Shown here one piece after another: positions 57,651 through 64,000 of a stretch of 64,000 bases of DNA (positions are counted from its first letter, which is position 1; every line of letters starts with the position of its first letter). Below the pieces are notes generated by a model that was not told the DNA's origin, did no database searches, and was given only the letters and a program-made list of their open reading frames with translations. The DNA is taken from positions 342,302,001-342,366,000 of the forward strand of contig OZ024742.1 in assembly GCA_964016885.1 (NCBI GenBank), written 5' to 3'. The stretch comes from Eledone cirrhosa. Lineage: Eukaryota. The position numbers were made by a program, and so were the translations under genes.

Positions 57651-60600
57651 TGGTATGAAGTATGTGATCTACAGTGGTATGAAGTATGTGATCTACAGTG
57701 GTATGAAGTATGTGATCTACAGTGGTATGAAGTATGTGATCTCCAGTGGTATGAAAGTATGTGATCTCCAGTGGTATGAAGTATGTGATCTACAGTGGTA
57801 TGAAGTATGTGATCTACAGTGATATGAAGTATGTGATCTACAGTGGTATGAAGTATGTGATATCCTGTGGTATGAAGTATGTGATCTCCATTGGTATGAA
57901 GTATGTGATCTCCAGTGGTATGAAGTATGTGATCTCCAGTGGTATGAAGTATGTGATCTCCAGTGGTATGAAGTATGTGATCTACAGTGGTATGAAGTAT
58001 GTGATCTACAGTGGTATGAAGTATGTGATCTACAGTGGTATGAAGTATGTGATATCTTGTGGTATGAAGTATATGATCTCCATTGGTATGAAGTATGTGA
58101 TCTCCAGTGGTATGAAGTATGTGATCTACAGTGGTATGAAGTATGTGATCTCCAGTGGTATGAAGTATGTGATCTACAGTGGTATGAAGTATGTGATCTA
58201 CAGTGGTATGAAGTATGTGATATCCTGTGGTATGAAGTATGTGATCTACAGTGGTATGAAGTATGTGATCTACAGTGGTATGAAGTATGTGATCTCCTGT
58301 GGTATGAAGTATGTGATCTCCAGTGGTATGAAGTATGTGATCTACAGTGATATGAGGTATGTGATCTACAGTGGTATGAAGTATGTGATCTCCTGTGATA
58401 TGAAGTATGTGATCTACAGTGGTATGAAGTATGTGATCTACAGTGGTATGAAGTATGTGATCTCCAGTGGTATGAAGTATGTCAGCTCCAGTGGTATGAA
58501 GTATGTGATCTCCAGTGGTATGAAGTATGTGATCTACAGTGGTATGAAGTATGTGATCTCCAGTGGTATGAAGTATGTGATCTACAGTGGTATGAAGTGT
58601 GTGATCTACAGTGGTATGAAGTATGTGATATCCTGTGATATGAAGTATGTGATATCCTGTGGTATGAAGTATGTGATCTACAGTGGTATGAAGTATGTGA
58701 TCTACAGTGGTATGAAGTATGTGATCTCCAGGGGTATGAAGTATGTGATCTACAGTGGTATGAAGTATGTCAGCTCCAGTGGTATGAAGTATGTGATCTA
58801 CAGTGGTATGAAGTATGTGATCTACAGTGGTATGAAGTATGTGATCTCCAGGGGTATGAAGTATGTGATCTACAGTGGTATGAAGTATGTCAGCTCCAGT
58901 GGTATGAAGTATGTGATCTCCAGTGGTATGAAGTATGTGATCTACAGTGGTATGAAGTATGTGATCTACAGTGGTATGAAGTATGTGATCTACAGTGGTA
59001 TGAAGTATGTCAGTTCCAGTGGTATGAAGTATGTGATCTCCAGTGGTATGAAGTATGTGATCTACAGTGGTATGAAGTATGTGATCTACAGTGGTATGAA
59101 GTATGTGATCTACAGTGGTATGAAGTATGTCAGCTCCAGTGGTATGAAGTATGTGATCTACAGTGGTATGAAGTATGTGATCTACAGTGGTATGATGTAT
59201 GTGATATCCAGTGGTATGAAGTATGTGATCTCCATTGGTATGAAGTATGTGATCTCCAGTGATATGAAGTATGTGATCTACAGTGGTATGAAGTATGTGA
59301 TCTCCAGTGGTATGAAGTATGTGATCTCCAGTGGTATGAAGTATGTGATCTACAGTGGTATGAAGTATGTGATCTACAGTGGTATGAAGTATGTGATCTC
59401 CAGTGGTATGAAGTATGTGATCTCCGGTGGTATGAAGTATGTGATCTACAGTGGTATGAAGTATGTGATCTACAGTGGTATGAAGTATGTGATCTCCAGT
59501 GGTATGAAGTATGTGATCTCCAGTGGTATGAAGTATGTGATCTACAGTGGTATGAAGTATGTGATCTACAGTGGTATGAAGTATGTGATCTCCAGTGGTA
59601 TGAAAGTATGCGATCTCCAGTGGTATGAGTATGTGATCTACAGTGGTATGAAGTATGTGATCTACAGTGATATGAAGTATGTGATCTACAGTGGTACGAA
59701 GTATGTGATATCCTGTGGTATGAAGTATGTGATCTCCATTGGTATGAAGTATGTGATCTCCAGTGGTATGAAGTATGTGATCTACAGTGGTATGAAGTAT
59801 GTGATCTACAGTGGTATCAAGTATGTGATATCCTGTGGTATGAAGTATGTGATCTCCATTGGTATGAAGTATGTGATCTCCAGTGGTATGAAGTATGTGA
59901 TCTCCAGTGGTATGATGTATGTGATCTCCAGTGGTATGAAGTATGTGATCTACAGTGGTATGAAGTATGTGATCTACAATGGTATGAAGTATGTGATATC
60001 CTGTGGTATGAAGTATGTGATCTACAGTGGTATGAAGTATGTGATCTACAGTGGTATGAAGTATGTGATCTCCTGTGGTATGAAGTATGTGATCTCCAGT
60101 GGTATGAAGTATGTGATCTACAGTGATATGAGGTATGTGATCTACAGTGGTATGAAGTATGTGATCTCCTGTGATATGAAGTATGTGATCTACAGTGGTA
60201 TGAAGTATGTGATCTACAGTGGTATGAAGTATGTGATCTCCAGTGGTATGAAGTATGTGATCTACAGTGGTATGAAGTATGTGATCTACAGTGGTATGAT
60301 GTATGTGATCTCCAGTGGTATGAAGTATGTGATCTCCTGTGGTATGAAGTATGTGACCTCCAGTGGTATGAAGTATGTGATCTACAGTTGTATGAAGTAT
60401 GTGATCTACAGTGGTATGAAGTATGTGATCTACAGTGGTATGAAGTATGTGATCTACAGTGGTATGAAGTATGTGATCTCCAGTGGTATGAAGTATGTGA
60501 TCTCCAGTGGTATGAAGTATGTCAGCTCCAGTGGTATGAAGTATGTGATCTACAGTGGTATGAAGTATGTGATCTACAGTGGTATGATGTATGTGATATC

Positions 60601-63600
60601 CAGTGGTATGAAGTATGTGATCTCCATTGGTATGAAGTATGTGATCTGCAGTGATATGAAGTATGTGATCTACAGTGGTATGAAGTATGTGATCTTCAGT
60701 GGTATGAAGTATGTGATCTCCAGTGGTATGAATTATGTGATCTACAGTGGTATGAAGTATGTGATCTACAGTCGTATGAAGTATGTGATCTACAGTGGTA
60801 TGAAGTATGTGATCTCCAGTGGTATGAAGTATGTGATCTCCAGTGGTATGAAGTATGTGATCTACAGTGGTATGAAGTATGTGATCTACAGTGATATGAA
60901 GTATGTGATCTACAGTGGTATGAAGTATGTGATATCCTGTGGTATGAAGTATGTGATCTCCATTGGTATGAAGTATGTGATCTCCAGTGGTATGAAGTAT
61001 GTGATCTCCAGTGGTATGAAGTATGTGATCTCCAGTGGTATGAAGTATGTGATCTCCAGTGGTATGAAGTATGTGATCTACAGTGGTATGAAGTATGTGA
61101 TCTACAGTGGTATGAAGTATGTGATATCTTGTGGTATGAAGTATATGATCTCCATTGGTATGAAGTATGTGATCTCCAGTGGTATGAAGTATGTGATCTA
61201 CAGTGGTATGAAGTATGTGATCTCCAGTGGTATGAAGTATGTGATCTACAGTGGTATGAAGTATGTGATCTACAGTGGTATGAAGTATGTGATATCCTGT
61301 GGTATGAAGTATGTGATCTACAGTGGTATGAAGTATGTGATCTACAGTGGTATGAAGTATGTGATCTCCTGTGGTATGAAGTATGTGATCTCAAGTGGTA
61401 TGAAGTATGTGATCTACAGTGATATGAGGTATGTGATCTACAGTGGTATGAAGTATGTGATCTCCTGTGATATGAAGTATGTGATCTACAGTGGTATGAA
61501 GTATGTGATCTACAGTGGTATGAAGTATGTGATCTCCAGTGGTATGAAGTATGTGATCTACAGTGGTATGAAGTATGTGATCTACAGTTGTATGATGTAT
61601 GTGATCTCCAGTGGTATGAAGTATGTGATCTCCATTGGTATGAAGTATGTGATCTCCAGTGGTATGAAGTATGTGATCTACAGTGGTATGAAGTATGTGA
61701 TCTCCAGTGGTATGAAGTATGTGATCTACAGTGGTATGAAGTATGTGATCTACAATGGTATGAAGTATGTGATATCCTGTGGTATGAAGTATGTGATCTA
61801 CAGTGGTATGACGTATGTGATCTACAGTGGTATGAAGTATGTGATCTCCTGTGGTATGAAGTATGTGATCTACAGTGGTATGAAGTATGTGATCTACAGT
61901 GATATGAGGTATGTGATCTAGAGTGGTATGAAGTATGTGATCTCCTGTGATATGAAGTATGTGATCTACAGTGGTATGAAGTATGTGATCTACAGTGGTA
62001 TGAAGTATGTGATCTGCAGTGGTATGAAGTATGTGATCTACAGTGGTATGAAGTATGTGATCTACAGCGGTATGATGTATGTGATCTCCAGTGGTATGAA
62101 GTATGTGATCTCCATTGGTATGAAGTATGTGATCTCCAGTGGTATGAAGTATGTGATCTACAGTGGTATGAAGTATGTGATCTCCAGTGGTATGAAGTAT
62201 GTGATCTCCAGTGGTATGAAGTATGTGATCTAGAGTGGTATGAAGTATGTGATCTCCAGTGGTATGAAGTATGTGATCTCCAGTGGTATGAAGAATGTGA
62301 TCTACAGTGGTATGAAATATGTGATCTCCAGTGCTATGAAATATGTGATCTACAGTGGTATGAAGTATGTCAGCTCCAGTGGTATGAAGTATGTGATCTC
62401 CAGTGGTATGAAGTATGTGATCTACAGTGGTATGAAGTATGTGATCTCCAGTGGTATGAAGTATGTGATCTACAGTGGTATGAAGTGTGTGATCTACAGT
62501 GGTATGAAGTATGTGATATCCTGTGATATGAAGTATGTGATATCCTGTGGTATGAAGTATGTGATCTACAGTGGTATGAAGTATGTGATCTCCTGTGATA
62601 TGAAGTATGTGATCTACAGTGGTATGAAGTATGTGATCTACAGTGGTATGAAGTATGTGATCTCCAGGGGTATGAAGTATGTGATCTACAGTGGTATGAA
62701 GTATGTGATCTCCAGTGGTATGAAGTATGTCAGCTCCAGTGGTATGAAGTATGTGATCTACAGTGGTATGAAGTATGTGATCTACAGTGGTATGAAGTAT
62801 GTGATCTACAGTGGTATGAAGTATGTGATCTACAGTGGTATGAAGTATGTGATCTACAGTGGTATGAAGTATGTGATCTCCAGTGGTATGAAGTATGTGA
62901 TCTCCAGTGGTATGAAGTATGTGATCTCCAGTGGTATGAAGTATGTGATCTACAGTGGTATGAAGTATGTGATCTACAGTGGTATGAAGTATGTGATCTA
63001 CAGTGGTATGAAGTATGTGATCTCCAGTGGTATGAAGTATGTGATCTCCAGTGGTATGAAGTATGTGATCTACAGTGGTATGAAGTATGTGATCTACAGT
63101 GGTATGAAGTATGTGATCTCCAGTGGTATGAAGTATGTGATCTACAGTGGTATGAAGTATGTGATATCATGTGGTATGAAGTATGTGATCTCCATTGGTA
63201 TGAAGTATGTGATCTCCAGTGGTATGAAGTATGTGATCTCCAGTGGTATGAAGTATGTGATCTCCAGTGGTATGAAGTATGTGATCTACAGTGGTATGAA
63301 GTATGTGATCTACAGTGGTATGAAGTATGTGATCTACAGTGGTATGAAGTATGTGATATCCTGTGGTATGAAGTATATGATCTCCATTGGTATGAAGTAT
63401 GTGATCTCCAGTGGTATGAAGTATGTGATCTACAGTGGTATGAAGTATGTGATCTCCAGTGGTATGAAGTATGTGATCTACAGTGGTATGAAGTATGTGA
63501 TCTACAGTGGTATGAAGTATGTGATATCCTGTGGTATGAAAGTATGTGATCTCCAGTGGTATGAAGTATGTGATCTACAGTGGTATGAAGTATGTGATCT

Positions 63601-64000
63601 ACAGTGATATGAAGTATGTGATCTACAGTGGTATGAAGTATGTGATATACTGTGGTATGAAGTATGTGATCTCCATTGGTATGAAGTATGTGATCTCCAG
63701 TGGTATGAAGTATGTGATCTCCAGTGGTATGAAGTATGTGATCTCCAGTGGTATGAAGTATGTGATCTACAGTGGTATGAAGTATGTGATCTACAGTGGT
63801 ATGAAGTATGTGATCTACAGTGGTATGAAGTATGTGATATCTTGTGGTATGAAGTATATGATCTCCATTGGTATGAAGTATGTGATCTCCAGTGGTATGA
63901 AGTATGTGATCTACAGTGGTATGAAGTATGTGATCTCCAGTGGTATGAAGTATGTGATCTACAGTGGTATGAAGTATGTGATCTACAGTGGTATGAAGTA

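Larger units (their letters stand above)
1..64000 (+). repeat. 24-bp tandem satellite array, consensus ATGTGATCT[A/C]CAGTGGTATGAAGT, 2666 copies, single orientation, open at both window edges
   Basis: The period of 24 is readable from base 1 to 64000. Most monomers differ from consensus by 0-2 substitutions. Register shifts occur only at 1-nt indels, and their net +15 reconciles the window length exactly. Confidence 0.99.

Noticed and set aside
3-63607. Dozens of long ORFs (MKYVIYSG, WYEVCDLQ, LHTTVDHI, SHTSYHCR repeats) as protein-coding genes
   Set aside because: They follow automatically from a 24-bp unit that is stop-free in four frames. They overlap on both strands, begin and end at sporadic variants, and have no unique domains.
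1-64000. CRISPR array (repeat length is in the CRISPR range)
   Set aside because: Monomers abut directly, with no unique spacers, leader or cas genes.
1-64000. GATC in nearly every monomer as a Dam/SeqA or iteron-type replication origin array
   Set aside because: There is no rep gene, DnaA box or AT-rich unwinding element, and the scale far exceeds iteron arrays. The site matters only practically, since Sau3AI/DpnII would cut the array to ~24-bp pieces.
1-64000. Pure sequencing artefact or rolling-circle concatemer of one small template
   Set aside because: Variants recur in ordered, nested, multi-kb patterns with many different offsets, which random error or a single circle would not produce. 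Local misassembly of individual duplications remains possible.
1-64000. Nucleosome-length higher-order period (6-8 monomers, 144-192 bp) or G-quadruplex array
   Set aside because: I saw no consistent 6-8-monomer periodicity by eye. The consensus has only one GG per 24 bp, which is too sparse for a credible G4.

Overview
The whole 64-kb window is one uninterrupted, head-to-tail tandem array of a 24-bp monomer, consensus ATGTGATCT[A/C]CAGTGGTATGAAGT. It holds 2666 monomers plus 1 nt, which matches the 20 uncompensated +1 and 5 uncompensated -1 indels I counted (64000-1-15 = 2666x24). It is about 38-42% GC, strongly G>C skewed on the + strand, and the consensus has no CpG. I found no unique sequence, inversion, mobile element, RNA gene, CRISPR spacer or credible protein-coding gene. 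The long ORFs arise because the monomer length is a multiple of 3 and 4 of the 6 frames are stop-free in the consensus. The real information is in the order of monomer variants: a common A/C dimorphism, linked variant haplotypes, a recurrent 20-monomer (480-bp) module, and nested duplications with offsets of about 1.1, 1.44, 1.58, 3.4, 4.3, 5.2 and 10.7 kb. This fits a satellite or very long minisatellite array (probably eukaryotic heterochromatic, centromeric or subtelomeric) growing by unequal exchange. Organism and function cannot be determined from this window, and I found no direct evidence of a new gene-encoded system.
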